Source: Bugula neritina | Lineage: Eukaryota > Animalia > Bryozoa | Direction of reading: 5' to 3' | DNA length: 64,000 bases | Assembly: GCA_964035545.1 (NCBI GenBank) | Contig: OZ037769.1 | Coordinates: forward strand, 2,542,001-2,606,000 | Part shown: positions 24,001 through 37,033 of the stretch, one piece after another | Position numbering within the stretch: position 1 is the first letter of the stretch | Layout of the letters: each line of letters starts with the position of its first letter | Notes under the pieces: model-generated | What the model was told of the DNA's origin: nothing | Database searches by the model: none | The model's input: only the letters and a program-made list of their open reading frames with translations | Position numbers and translations under genes: made by a program

Positions 24001-26558
24001 GTAGTAACTGTAACACTGTATTAGCTGTAGCAACTGTAACACTGTACTAGCTGTAGTAACTGTAACACTGTACTAGCTGTAGTAGCTGTAACACTGTACT
24101 AGCTGTAGTAACTGTAACACTGTACTAGCTGTAGTAGCTGTAACACTGTACTAGCTGTAGTAACTGTAACACTGTACTAGCTGTAGTAACTGTAACACTG
24201 TACTGGCTGTAGTAAATACACTAGCTGTAGTAACTGTAACACTGTACTAGCTGTAGTAACTGTAACACTGTACTAGCTGTAGTAACTGTAACACTGTACT
24301 GGCTGTAGTAAATACACTAGCTGTAGTAACTGTAACACTGTACTGGCTGTAGTAAATACACTAGCTGTAGTAACTGTAACACTGTACTAGCTGTAGTAAC
24401 TGTAACACTGTACTAGCTGTAGTAACTGTAACACTGTACTGGCTGTAGTAAATACACTAGCTGTAGTAACTGTAACACTGTACTAGCTGTAGTAACTGTA
24501 ACACTGTACTAGCTGTAGTAACTGTAACACTGTACTAGCTGTAGTAGCTGTAACACTGTACTAGCTGTAGTAACTGTAACACTGTACTAGCTGTAGTAAC
24601 TGTAACACTGTACTAGCTGTAGTAGCTGTAACACTGTACTAGCTGTAGTAACTGTAACACTGTACTGGCTGTAGTAAATACACTAGCTGTAGTAACTGTA
24701 ACACTGTACTAGCTGTAGTAACTGTAACACTGTACTAGCTGTAGTAACTGTAACACTGTACTAGCTGTAGTAACTGTAACACTGTACTAGCTGTAGTAAA
24801 TACACTAGCTGTAGTAACTGTAACACTGTACTAGCTGTAGTAACTGTAACACTGTACTAGCTGTAGTAACTACACTAGCTGTAGTAACTGTAACACTGTA
24901 CTAGCTGTAGTAACTGTAACACTATACTAGCTGTAGTAAATACACTAGCTGTAGTAACTGTAACACTGTACTAGCTGTAGTAACTGTAACACTGTACTAG
25001 CTGTAGTAACTGTAACACTATACTAGCTGTAGTAACTGTAACACTGTACTAGCTGTAGTAACTACACTAGCTGTAGTAACTGTAACACTGTACTAGCTGT
25101 AGTAACTGTAACACAACGTCACTGTACCATCTGGCCGCTGCCGCTGCTGTACACGAGCTGACTGAAAGTCTCTAAGCCGCGAAGGGCACCCCACAGGGTT
25201 TTAGCTTCTAGTTTAGCTCCGGCTGATGAAATGTTCAGCGTATCTACAATATTCAATGCTTTACAGAAAGTTCAAAAAATGGAATTGCAGACATTTAGCA
25301 TTATAAAAATACCAAGTTGCTGGCGTTTTTCTTGCAATGAGGTAAAAAGATGAAACGTGTAGAGGTGTGTTTCAAAACACACAAAATTCCACGTTTAAAA
25401 AGCTATAACTATCTCTGGGCTAAATCAAGAACAATTGTGGACCAGTTATTAAAAATATCGACAAAATAATATTGCAACTTAACTGTAATGTCTGCAAAAC
25501 TGCAGTCTTTGTGAAAAAGAAATTTACAAAAAGAAAACTTACAGTCTTCATTCATCCCAAAAGCAGGCATTGGTTTGCCAGAACAGCTAGTCTCAACATT
25601 TACATATAGAGCTGTTATGTCTCCATTCCTGTTCCAAATTCCATATTTCTGCCTGTAGGCTTTAGACCAAGAGTAATCCTGAGGTATTACAACAAAAGTT
25701 AATTTCAGTTTTAATCTCAAGTTAAACAAATTTTCCATAGCAACATACAACGACAATCATGATCATAATCAAAGGCAACACTCTTGGTTGATAGGCACAT
25801 AATTAAAATCCAAATTTATGCTGGAAAATTAAATACACCGAACTCCAAACAAACAGTCTAAGTCTTTACCCACAGCCTCACTCCTCGAAAACTTAAAACT
25901 AAAGTCAAACTGAAAAAATCAATTGTAAGGCAAAATTGGTTATACTAATAGTATTAGTAATACTATAACAGTATAAGTATAACTGTAAGTATAGAATACA
26001 GTTAATGCTATCACTGTGATTAATCATTAACTTTAAGTCAAAACGAGTGACTTATCACTAAAACTAAAAGTAAATCAAACTGATTAAATTTAATTAACTT
26101 CAAGTAATCTAAATCTAATCATAATCGCTTTATCATAATGACAATCACTATGATAATGAGTAACTGTAATCAATATGAATATGAATATCAATACCTAATA
26201 CTAATAGTAATACTAATAGTAATAGTAATTGTCAATAACTTACCTTCTCATACTTATTGAAACTTTCGCTGGGTGTATCAAATAAAATCTTATAGTAGCG
26301 TTCAAAAGCCGCAGTTAAATCATCACAGCTACTGCCAGTTGACCAAAAAACGAAACCGGAGCTTTGAACATTCAAAACTGAATTACTAGTTTTCCAAACT
26401 TTCGGTAGAGGTGTTGGTAATCCTTCTTTTACTGCAGGAGTGTCAAATGGGAAGGCATTTACAGATTTGGGAAAGTATCGATTGTCAAACTGAAATTTAT
26501 GATCTAAACTAAAGGCAAATGCTAAATAGCAAAACAAAAAAATGATTGAGCTCTTCAT
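18059..26558 (-). CDS. HEXB: Beta-hexosaminidase (GH20, HEXA/HEXB family) with a duplicated exon 8
   Basis: Exons (minus): 26558-26244 (signal peptide), 25678-25543, 25243-25128, 23944-23834, 22652-22442, 21809-21602, 21444-21288, 19752-19585 (8a) or 19535-19362 (8b), 18763-18558, 18134-18059 (TAG). Motifs: [37 protein letters not shown], catalytic [32 protein letters not shown]. The symbol denotes the family; the HEXA/HEXB split is vertebrate-specific. Confidence 0.95.
18845..19098. repeat. 21-bp minisatellite (tgtactgtatgactattacta) x~12
   Basis: Direct reading; hexosaminidase intron, near the acceptor at 18764. Confidence 0.92.
19362..19535 (-). CDS. Hexosaminidase alternative exon 8b (58 aa; WYLNVIKYG, lacks the Arg)
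   Basis: ttgcag acceptor, gtatat donor, phase 0/0, 174 nt, no stops, homologous to 8a. Confidence 0.85.
19585..19752 (-). CDS. Hexosaminidase alternative exon 8a (56 aa; WYLNRIAYG, alpha-like)
   Basis: tttcag acceptor, gtcagt donor, phase 0/0, 168 nt, no stops. Confidence 0.9.
20270..20762. repeat. 19-bp tandem repeat (taggtgtggctaaagctag) interrupted by a MITE
   Basis: Copies at 20270-20381 and 20712-20762. Confidence 0.85.
20382..20711. mobile_element. Non-autonomous PIF/Harbinger-type MITE (330 bp), ~70-bp TIRs, TAA target-site duplication
   Basis: Left end gcctagggccacacagtgcgtattttcgcat...gtccactgta; right end is its reverse complement tacagtggacac...cgcaccgtgtggccctaggc; TAA at 20379-20381 and 20712-20714. 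Confidence 0.88.
22170..22437. repeat. 23-bp minisatellite (gtgtcaacaagcactgactcaga) x~11 beginning at hexosaminidase donor 22441
   Basis: Direct reading. Confidence 0.92.
23965..25114. repeat. 26-bp minisatellite (ctagctgtagtaactgtaacactgta) with shorter variants, filling hexosaminidase intron 23945-25127
   Basis: About 45 copies. Confidence 0.95.
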
Positions 26559-27176
26559 TTTTCATCAAAAACAGCAAAATTCGATATAAACATTAGTTAG
26601 AGAATGCCAATAACTTGCAACATGAAGATTGAGCGCAACAGCCAAATACAGATTAACGCAAAATGGATAAAATGTGATGTAGTAAGAGATGATCACATGA
26701 TTGGCTAAATATTTTATGGGTGTGTCCCGCAACACAAATAATATTAGATCACAATTTGTTATTGCCAATGATAATGAATAATCAATTCCTTGCCACCTGT
26801 CCTAACCAATGTGAAAATTGGAGCATAATAAATTAATCTACAATCTAAACAGATTTAATTCTTGAATTCACAACTACTCAAAACTCTAGCTTAGGACAAG
26901 GCAAGCCTTAGGATTATCTGTCCCATATTCAATTAGTCAACTAAGAGTTTTTCACTAAACAACTGCATAGTAGTTATGTATAGTGATACATCAGACACTT
27001 TGAATACTTAGCATTTTAGTCAGCATTGTAGCACCTAATGACCAAAAATTTATGCTTTATTCAATTGCAGCCTAAGCCTTATAACTGGTCCACACTTTCT
27101 ATTTCCTTTACTTATATGCATATGGATACTATAAATAAGTATTAGGTTGTATAGTCGGATGCTTTTCATGACACAA

Positions 27177-27250
27177 CTAGTGGCAAGGACTCGAACACAT
27201 GACCTGTGTGTGACACTAGGTCAGTATTCTAACTACTAGGCCAATGCTGT
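27177..27250 (-). mobile_element. Degenerate tRNA-derived (SINE head / tRNA pseudogene) sequence
   Basis: Minus strand: A-box-like tggcctagtagttaga and B-box gtgttcgagtcc; stems imperfect. Confidence 0.5.
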
Positions 27251-27296
27251 TCCCTATTTCTTTGTTTTAATTAAATGCACCACAATAATTACACAT

Positions 27297-27509
27297 ATTT
27301 TTATATGACTGCAATGTAGGGGTGACATGCACTTAGTCAAAATATATTCGTAATACACAAACTTTATTTATATCAATCACAACAATCAACAGATATGCGT
27401 ACATTTTTATATGACTGCAATGTAGGGGTGACATGCACTTAGTCAAAATATATTCGTAATACACAAACTTTATTTATATCAATCACAACAATCAACAGAT
27501 ATGCGTACA
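27297..27509. repeat. Perfect 106-bp tandem duplication containing a minus-strand AATAAA
   Basis: atttttatatgactgc...gatatgcgtac occurs at 27297 and 27403. Confidence 0.9.
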
Positions 27510-27724
27510 GCACACAGCAAGTAAAGTGATATATAGACTTAAAACATTAACAACTTACTTTTAAAAAAAACAGAATAATATGGGAACATCTTGACAACTC
27601 AATATAATATATTATACAATTGATTGTAAAGACAGAGTGCTAAAGACAATACAGAGTATCTACGTAGAGCATGTCGGAGTCATCCTAACTGTCTCCACTG
27701 TACAGAAATCTTTAGATAATGAAG

Positions 27725-30700
27725 TTAATTGGTTATCTCCCATGTGCCAAAGCTTTGTCCATCAGCTGAAGGTGTAAATCATGCATTAAATTATATTGAA
27801 ACTCATAACTAAATATATAAGGATTATAACATTTATTTTATATATTTTCAACTACAGTATATACTGATAACTGATTTATATATAATATATATTTAATATA
27901 ATATTGTAATAATTATACTTGTAAAATTGCAACAAAACAAATTAAATACATAATGACTGTTCGCTTAGTCTAAAATAATATATTTGAGAATAATCCGCAG
28001 TAAACGTGCCATGTTATAATTTCATAGACGTATTACATGTTCCTGTTACTGTTGTTAGGATCCTGTGATATTAGTGGTGAAGTGGTTAGCACGCTAGTTT
28101 CGCAAACCAGAGGTCCCAGGTCGAAATCCCAGTAGGGGCAAAAGTTTTACAGCTACAATATAATTTCATAGACATCTTATATGTACTTTCAGAACATACA
28201 ATTTGTAATCATTACTTACTGATACAAGTGAGATTTCCTTTGAGGGAAGACAAATCCCATTCAAATCTGACGAACTTCATAGTGACATTGGGAAAGAAAG
28301 GCAATGTACTAAGATCGTCGGGCTCTCCGAGAGTCGTGGCTATTGGCTGCCATGTTTTGTTATTGGGTACTTCTTCCCAAACCGTTTTGCATCTTAGAAC
28401 TTCATACACTTTAAGATAACATACATGGCAGTGTCTACATGATATGTAGTAGTGTTGAGGTGAAGCCAATGACTATCGTAGAAAATTCTAGAACCTAAAG
28501 TAGCTGTGTCCTTACAACTCTCTAAATTCCACTCAAACGACAAGAAAACTTAAAAACTTTAAAAAACAAATTCAAATAAGAAAGACAACTAAGTTGAACA
28601 ATTTAAAATTTAAAAATGTTATTGTCTTTAAAATTTATATGAATGAAACATGCAAAGATTATAATAAATGTATAAATAGTATAATATAATATAATATACG
28701 AGTAATTATAGTAATATATGTGGTACTTATCTATGTTATTATTACACAGAATATTTGTCACGTAACGTAAGGTTATAGTGAAGACACAGCTATAATAAAC
28801 TTACACGCATCACTTTCCAAATACCCCCTAGCACACGTAGCTACAGCAACTTCAAGGTCATTGAACATGTCTCTTTGAGGGAGAAGATAGATTTCAGTGT
28901 ACTTAGATGTGATCTCAGTGGCTTTACATCCATCAATAGCTGTAATAGCAATCAGTGATTTTGGGTAAAGTCAATATTCTTGCAATGATACAACTATATA
29001 TTGTATATATATCAACTGATGTCAACATTTTGAAGATATCAATGTGAATTAACTTTACCTTTGCACTTATATAGATGCAAGTTAAGCCACCGTTTACTTC
29101 CATGGTGGCATTGAGAAATAGCAGGCGGGGAAAGTCCATCCCGGACAGGAAATAGATGATAGCCTTCTTCACAGGAAATACCCATGAGAGCGTAATCTGT
29201 ATAGTATGTTACTTCCTGAATGGCGTGTGGGAGTGTTGGTGTTGGACCACAGTCGACTGAAATTAAACATAGCTCGATGTGAGGGAAACACAAATTCTTT
29301 CACACACAAATTTGTCAATAAAATCTAAATACAACGGTTGGCAGATTTATTAAACTGTATTATACAACGTTATTCTAAATAAACTAAATAAATTAATAAG
29401 ATATAAACTAAAGTGATAAAATATGTTTCAGAGGTGATGCTAGCACACCTAAGCTGATTGGTGTTGCACAATAATTGTGTGAAATAAATTTTATTGACTT
29501 GACTGAAACTTTTTAGAAAACTGTATCTAGTTATGAGTCAAGCAAGCCTCACCATGACAGGGTTTAGTAGGGGTCCAGGTGTTGTTTGGTCCATTACAGG
29601 TGGCTTCAGGCAAGCTCCCATCATCTGATAAACCGAGACATGAATTAAGGCTAACAAAACTGTTCAAATTCCTATATGCATGTCAATATGAATTGCTGGC
29701 ACCAATTGTGATAATAAATTGCAATTCTAAACCAAGAAAAAGTTTATTATCAAAAGTTTAAAAAACTCAGAAATTAATTTTACTGCTAAACCCTTTATTT
29801 CAAACTCACCAGACATATTAGTAGAAAAGCAAGAGTTTTGTTTAAGCAGGGATGCCTTAATTAACTATGAGAGCCAGCGTTGCTACGGTTACAAACTTTA
29901 CTATAGCTACTGGCGTTACTATGGCTACAAGTATTACTATAGCTACCGGTGTCCCAAAGGTTACCAGCGTTGCTATGGTTACTGTATATACCAAGAATGC
30001 TCACTCTTCTTACCTCTTACATATCCTGGTTTACAAACACACGTCACGACAAACTCATCAAGGAAATTCCATTCACCTCGGCCAAACCTTCTGCTTGTTT
30101 CACAATCTATTCCACCAGACACGTTCACTGGTTGTGAGCAACCTCTGTCTGCAACATTACATCATAAATTCATGTGAGTTTATAGTCAACACCCCTGCGA
30201 AAACCTCTTGATGAAAAGGTTGTTTTTTTATAAATTTGATAAGAAGTTCTTCAATATTATGGCAAAGGAGAAACTATAACTGAATGCTCTTCCTAATATC
30301 ACCAATAGCTTTTGTGGGGGTTTGAGCCCATGACTTCATGCTTACTAGGCAAACGCTCTAACCCCTAGACCACGGCTGCTCTCCGCTATAGTAAAATAAT
30401 AAAAACTAATATGAAAGAATAAAAAAATAATAGAGATTAAAAACCCTCACCACATGCTGGAGGTGGATACCAAATGCCAGACACAACAGCCAACTCTAAC
30501 TTATCCGCATCAGTTGCTAAGGTTGTTGCGTTTTCAGGTACAACACACTGAGATAGCGGCTTGAATCCAGTTTCACTCTGAGAACAGTTGAGAAACGTGA
30601 TCATGCCTAGCTTACAGTCGCCATCTTCGGCACAGCGTCTTTCGTAGTACGGGTATGCGATGTCCAAGACTGACCCGGTTCTGGTGTCATTTCTTGGGCA

Positions 30701-33700
30701 TCTTATATCTATAGTATACAGTTCAGACGTAACAGATGGAGCATACAATGCAGACTTGATACATGGAGAATACAGAGCAGATACGTAGAAATGACAGTTT
30801 GAAAAAGATGACGACGCTATTTTCTTTATTTTTATTAAAAATTATCAACTCAATACGCATCACCAATAAACACGAGTTATTGATTATCAATTTAGGAGTT
30901 AGCCCGAACACAAGCCTAGTCTTGCGAAAGCCTAAAATACTACATTATACAATATTATACAAAAAAACAATGGAGAATAACTCCATACCATGACAGTCGG
31001 GTTTAACCTCAGGTTCCAGAGCTTCAAAGTGACCTAACCCATCAGGTCCTCTGTAATTGAAATGATAACACTAAACTAATGTAGGGTTCACACTGCACAC
31101 CATCACATATACTATAAGTTGTAGTATGCAATATATGTTGGGTTTATAATACATACTATAAAATATATATTACAATTTATGGATTCTATATTGTGATACA
31201 AAATGACTAAGAGATACTAAATGACAGAGAGAGATAACTGCAGTTTTACCTACACTAAGGAAACATACTTACACAGTACATCGATATGAGAGCTCATTTC
31301 TCATGTATCCCACAGTTCCTGGCGGACATACAAAGGTAAGTGTGTCATTATGTAGCACAGGTCTCGGCTCACCGATTATATGGCGGCCATATTGTAATTC
31401 GTACTCGTAGAGAGTCGGGTCAGCCATGAAATGCCAACATGTCTTGGAGCCTGCAAGTGGAATTGATCGGCATATATTGGTAAGTAGGGGAGGTGTACAT
31501 ACTCTTAAACATAACAACCTTACCAAAGTAGCACATACTCCATAGCTTTTAATGCTTGTGATGGCATAAAAGTTTATATAGGAGTAAAAGTTGCCGGTTT
31601 TTAGGCAAGCAAGAATACAAATATTATAAATTTTAGGAACAAAAATTAGAGAAAAAACTTTCATTTTAAACCACAAAACAAATATATAACCAGTTGAATT
31701 AAAGAAAGCTAAATGAAGAGTAACTTATGACAAGTTATAAAAAACATAACTATTTTAATTATAAGCAGAAATTACTCACAATACCTGTTTTTTAGACTGA
31801 AAAAAAATCAATCAAACTTGAAAAAAATAAATGAACAGGTGAATCTGAAAAAAATTAAATAAAGAGGAACTTACGGCAAGTGGGGGTGGGGACCCAGAGG
31901 CCTTCCACAGAGTCATCTGTTGACTTCACACATTCACTCACGTACTCAAAGTCTATATCAGGGCAACTAACTATAGCCTTAGTGCCTGGAAGTGCTGCTT
32001 CACTCACATTCATGGCAATGCTTTCAGGTATTAGACATTTGATAACTGAAAATACAGGTTATAAAATAAACAAAGAAATAGGTTCAATATATTTTCCTAT
32101 TGATTGCAAAGAGCACTTGTTGACAGGTCTCATGACACCTGTTCTGGCACATGACACCTGTTCTGACACATGACACCAGTTCTGACACATGACACCAGTT
32201 CTGACACATGACCAACTTCACAGTAAGCTAACTGCTTTACTCTAAAAATGAGCTAAGTGATAGTAGAAATAATTAATTAGTAATTCAATACATTTTACCA
32301 ACTTTAACATAAATCTTCTGGTTTACAACCATAACATAAGTGTTCAAAATATTAGTAATTAATTTGTTAAATAAATTTCATGTTGCACTGGCTTTCTTCA
32401 GATCAAATAAGCTCACTAAAATAATGTAAGTATAAGTGCAGAAAATTCTCTATTTGTGTAAAAAGCAGTAATGATTGGAAACACTCTTTATATTATTACA
32501 TAACAAGTATATTCATACAACGGAGCCATAATAAACAAATAGTTTGAGGCAACTTAAAGTATACGACCTACGGTGACATTCTTCCATTTGTAAGGAAGAA
32601 TTAACTTCTCTCCTAAACCCATAATTTCCTTCTTCCAACTCACTGTTATAATATTAATTCTCATAACTCAAACAAGTTGACACCATAGCAAGTTCAGAAA
32701 ACATGAGATATGCATTTTATGTTCTGCACTTTATACTTGTGACAATTTCTCCAAAGCAATTATTATATTATGCAGTGTATCATTTTATAAAGACAACTCT
32801 AGAACTACTGTACAAGCCTTTGTGTTTCAACTACTATGCTTTACTTTACTTCAGCAGTACAGATGGGGTAGACGAATAGTAATTGTATTATTGCAATTTA
32901 ATGAACTTTCTTCTTATATTTTGAGCTGTAACTATTAAACTAATAGCCATAAAAAACAGGAAATTAATTACCATGAGTTAGCTGGTTATAACTTACACGC
33001 ATGTTAAAATTTCAGTATCAACGTCAGGGTGGCTCTGCGCACTCCCATCCTGACACCTCACAACTACAGCTTCCCACAGGCTATACGGTCCATCAAACTC
33101 AATCAGCTCAGCGTAGTCTCCAAAACCGAGAGTACTCAGAGATGGCAAGGAACACATTTTAACACCTGTCAAATAACATTATTGAGTGTTGTTTGGTAGG
33201 TTCACCATTTTCAGGTCACATGGTAATATATCCAAGCCAATTACTATTTAGGCGATGATGTGAAATTTTGAAGAATAGAGTTGAAAAATAATAATTTCAC
33301 AAACAGCTTCAACATGATTGGCTAATCTTGTAGACGGAAAGGTTGCCACTCGTCCAACGATATTACACTGCATCAGTTAGTTGACATACTATATTCCAAC
33401 AAAGGAGTGTAATTTAGAGCATCTGCTGTTCATAGCAGTTAAACGTGCAGTGACAGATTGTAAAGATAACTTCAAGTATTGAAAAGACAACTTCAATTAC
33501 TCCTGGTATTGGTTATTCATTAAATTGGTTAGAATTCGTACAGAAAGAGTGCTGGATAAATACTATAGGGTATAAAGTAATAATGATTTATTGATATTAA
33601 ATTTAATTTACTCACTACAAGAATTTAGCCGTAACGCAGAATCAGAGTTTCTCTGGAATATGGCGTTCTTTTCATCATCCAACCTTAAATTGAATAAAGT

Positions 33701-36491
33701 TTAGAAATCAAACTATTATGAAATCAAAACTCATTTTCTAAACGATAAGAGTACGACTTTCATATATCCTAAATAGTACCAGCTAGATCAAGTAGATCTA
33801 CAAAATTCAATAGAATTTTCGCAACTGCTGCTGTTACTACTATTATTTGCTAAAGATATCCCAAAACATCATAGAGCTACTGTAATACAGCTTTACACTG
33901 TTGTTACAGACCATTACTATTATTTCTCTCTTCTAACATTATATAACTCAGTTTTAAAGGCTGTAAACCAATGAAATGGAAGCAGGTAACTTACTGGCAG
34001 GTAATTGTCTCGCTCTCTACTCTCTGGTTAGTTTGACTCTCACCATCTGCACACGACACATTCACAGTCTCACCTAACTGGTAGAACTCTTGCTCACTAC
34101 TGAAGACATTATTGTCAGAGAAACCGAGTAAAGCTCTGTTGGGAGTAGAGCATCTCTTTACCACTAGATATCAAAGCAAACGACACAAATAATCCTGGTA
34201 TAATAGGCTAGCAATGTGACAACCTGATTTTCCTGACTTTTCCACAAGAGTTCTTGGAACAAATGGATTAACTAGCAATAATGCTAAAGGTAAAACATGA
34301 TATAAAATAATAAGACTATCTGAAATTTTTGCCACAGATATTTCTCTTTAAAATAGAACTCTTAATACGCACTGAGAATCATTATTTAAAAGCCAAGGTC
34401 ATCTGCCATTTTGCTACTTTTATATGATAAGAAATCTTGAAATTGCTCTAATGTATATAACATACTGCATAAATATCCCATGAACCAAGAAAATAACATC
34501 TATAATATATGAGGACAATTTGCATTCACATGAAAAGATAGGTGAGATTTTTCGTTCAGCTATTTATGTCTTCTTAAATTTCATAATAATATACTAGGCA
34601 ATACTACCAAATTGTTTTTTCTAATATTACGTATGGACATGACCTAATGTACAACAGGTCATGGATGGGTTCAATCACAAGACTGTTCAAACAATTGTTA
34701 TACAGAAATTATATTTATCTCTTAGTACTTCTCACTACTTTGTATCACAAAACTCTACCGCATTCTGGAGGTGGCCGAGACCAAAGGCCATAGTTCCAGA
34801 ACCAAAATAATTTTCTCATCTTTTCAGGTTCATCACTATCTAGAAGTAGCTCAAGGTCATCTGGTGCCTCGCATATCGACCATGTTGAGTTTCCTGAGAG
34901 AGTGAGCGAGTCATTGCCACAAGCGTCTTCTGTAATATTGTACGTCTGCACGGTGCCCACTGGGTAAAAGCGTAGCTGAGTGAGTTGGACTCGCTCCAGA
35001 TCAATCTCATCTTCAAGTTCTGCTCCGTCAGACGAGTTTACCAAGATTGGGTAGTCGTAGGTGGCACTGAGTAGACTGCACACTGGCTCTATATCAACAT
35101 CCAACTTTCACAATTAACACAAATTAAAAGAAATTTCAAAAACTCTTACTTTCTTCTTAATTAAAATTTTCTACCTCACGAACTAAAACTCAGAAATAAA
35201 TGAAAATCATGAAAATATGTTTGAAGAAGTAAAGATTGGGTGCAATTCTTGAGCTAAAAGCTGCCAAACTACTACTATTGCTATTATTCACAGTTTTAAG
35301 CTTTGAAAATAGTTAACACAATGTAGTGGCGTGATTACCCAGTGGTCCCCGTGGTGTAATGGCAAGCACACTTGCTTGCGCGCCAGAGGTGTCGGATTCG
35401 ATTCCCAGTAGGGGCAATTATTTTTCACACACAGTAGTGCAAGCAATTATTTACTGCATTATAATTAAAAACTGTAAGATTTTTAAGAGGACAATAGGTG
35501 GGAAACTATATTATAGTACAAGCTAAATCTTATTTTCACCTACCGTTACCACAATTCTCGTCCAAAGAAGAGAGATCCCAATAAAACTTTAATATTTCGT
35601 ACCCATCACCATTGATTACAATAGTAGGGCTGCAGGTAGCTGTAAAACTATCCTCTGGTGGAGCTTTACGTAACACCCCTTCAACACAATCTACCTGTAT
35701 TGTCCAGCCAACTGACCTCTCCACCATTTCTTCTGGTTCAGATAGAAGTTTGACTTGAGAGAGATCATCGGCGGGGTTAAACTCGCAGTAAGAGTTGATT
35801 GAGTCTAAATGTAGCTGTCTAGCTGTGTAACTAATAGTATCAGCATTCTCCGAGCTAGTACTGTTCTCATCTTGAGCTGTAAATGTTTCATATTTCAACA
35901 TTTACTTTATATTGCTAAGAATACTTTTTAACACAGCTAAAAATGAGATCCATAAATTATGCTAATTATAGTTATATGACAATAAAGATGCCAACACAAA
36001 ACACACATTTATCATTCTAACAGAAGCAGCTATATATATCAAAACGTTCAAATGCATTTTATGTGGTTATTTGAAATTTTGAGTAGATGGAAATAGAAAA
36101 TATTATTGTCATTAAAAACCATTGTTAACACTTGTTAACAATAATGATCAACTTTAACGACAAAATATTATTAAAATATATATTATATGCTGCTTACCCA
36201 GTGTTTGCTCAGAAACTAACAGAGTGCTGTAAAGATAGAAAAACGACATACTAGATTACTACACGGTAAACGTTAAAATATAATCTTTTACATAGTTGAA
36301 GATGCCAAGGTAAAGGGGCCTAAATAATTAGTGCTTAGAACTACCAATAATTACATTAAATGCATAATCAATAGAAAACTTCATATTATACAATATAATA
36401 TATAAATATAATATTTCAACTTTTGATAAAAGAAAACTTACAAACTTATAAATGAAATGAGAAGGAAATGGTCTGAACAAGCGAGAAACAT
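27725..36491 (-). CDS. Secreted cysteine-rich protein with multiple divergent CCP/sushi-like modules (~17 exons)
   Basis: Signal peptide split over exons 36491-36442 and 36226-36198 (MFLACSDHFLLISFISFTLLVSEQTLA). Further exons approx. 35876-35550, 35088-34759, 34163-33995, 33683-33616, 33165-32997, 32612-32572, 32046-31875, 31450-31273, 31051-30990, 30709-30451, 30139-30014, 29625-29553, 29257-29059, 28939-28805, ~28488-28219, 27765-27725. Modules of form C...C...C...W..P.C (GLWSRPPPEC, GLWVPTPTC, GIWYPPPAC, VDCGPTPTLPHA...SCEEGY) mostly bounded by phase-1 introns. No transmembrane segment seen. Confidence 0.72.
28070..28148 (+). mobile_element. tRNA-Ala-like SINE head, copy 1
   Basis: gtggtgaagtggttagcacg (A-box), anticodon arm ctagt-ttcgcaa-accag (CGC), ggtcgaaatccc (B-box), shared tail cccagtaggggcaa. 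Confidence 0.65.
29872..29985. repeat. Degenerate 18-bp tandem repeat (gttactatggctac...) beside donor 30013
   Basis: Direct reading. Confidence 0.65.
30309..30380 (-). mobile_element. Degenerate tRNA-derived sequence (Thr-AGT-like loop)
   Basis: Minus strand gcagccgtggtctaggggttagagcgtttgcctagtaagcatgaagtcatgggctcaaacccccac, with A- and B-box remnants. Confidence 0.55.
32132..32213. repeat. 19-bp tandem repeat (tgacaccagttctgacaca) x4
   Basis: Direct reading. Confidence 0.85.
35345..35425 (+). mobile_element. tRNA-Ala-like SINE head, copy 2
   Basis: gtccccgtggtgtaatggcaagcac...ggattcgattcccagtaggggcaa; same tail as the 28070 copy; anticodon loop damaged. Confidence 0.65.
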
Positions 36492-37033
36492 GGCAGACAT
36501 CAAGTTCAAATAAGTCACTAAAAAGATTAATTGTTATCACGTTTTAGAACAACATAATCTACGTTAATAACAGTAAATTGCCTAAATTCCTGTGAATTCT
36601 TAGCATAACTATGTATAGACGCTGTCATAAATATTCTAATTGAAATACATTTTTAATCTAATATATTGAGACTCGGCAATAAATAAAATTCAGGGTAAAT
36701 TTTTTGTTATTGTTTAAATTAAAATGAGGTACAATTGTTATACAGTCATATACAGTTATATGTATTCTATGCTTAAAAATAATTAGAGCTATCAATTTAA
36801 TGTAATTTTTATTAGACTATGTTTTATAAATAAAAAACCTTCAAACACTTTCAAATATTTTTCTAAAACGATTTTTAACAATGCGTTAAATAGAATACCT
36901 TGTGCGAACCCATTGCAACAATTATTTTTAATATTTGGAAATGAATTTTGATTTATTAAATTTAACAGAAGCAATTTTCAAGTTTAACTTAATTTAAGCC
37001 GCACATAATTCCTTTTACAGAAATCAGACAGAA

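Noticed and set aside
6640-25114. CRISPR-like appearance of regular 23-40-bp repeats
   Set aside because: Head-to-tail units with no unique spacers, no cas genes, and a spliceosomal eukaryotic context.
28070-35425. Functional tRNA-Ala genes at 28070 and 35345
   Set aside because: Acceptor and anticodon stems are mismatched and loops damaged; a shared tail indicates SINE or pseudogene copies.
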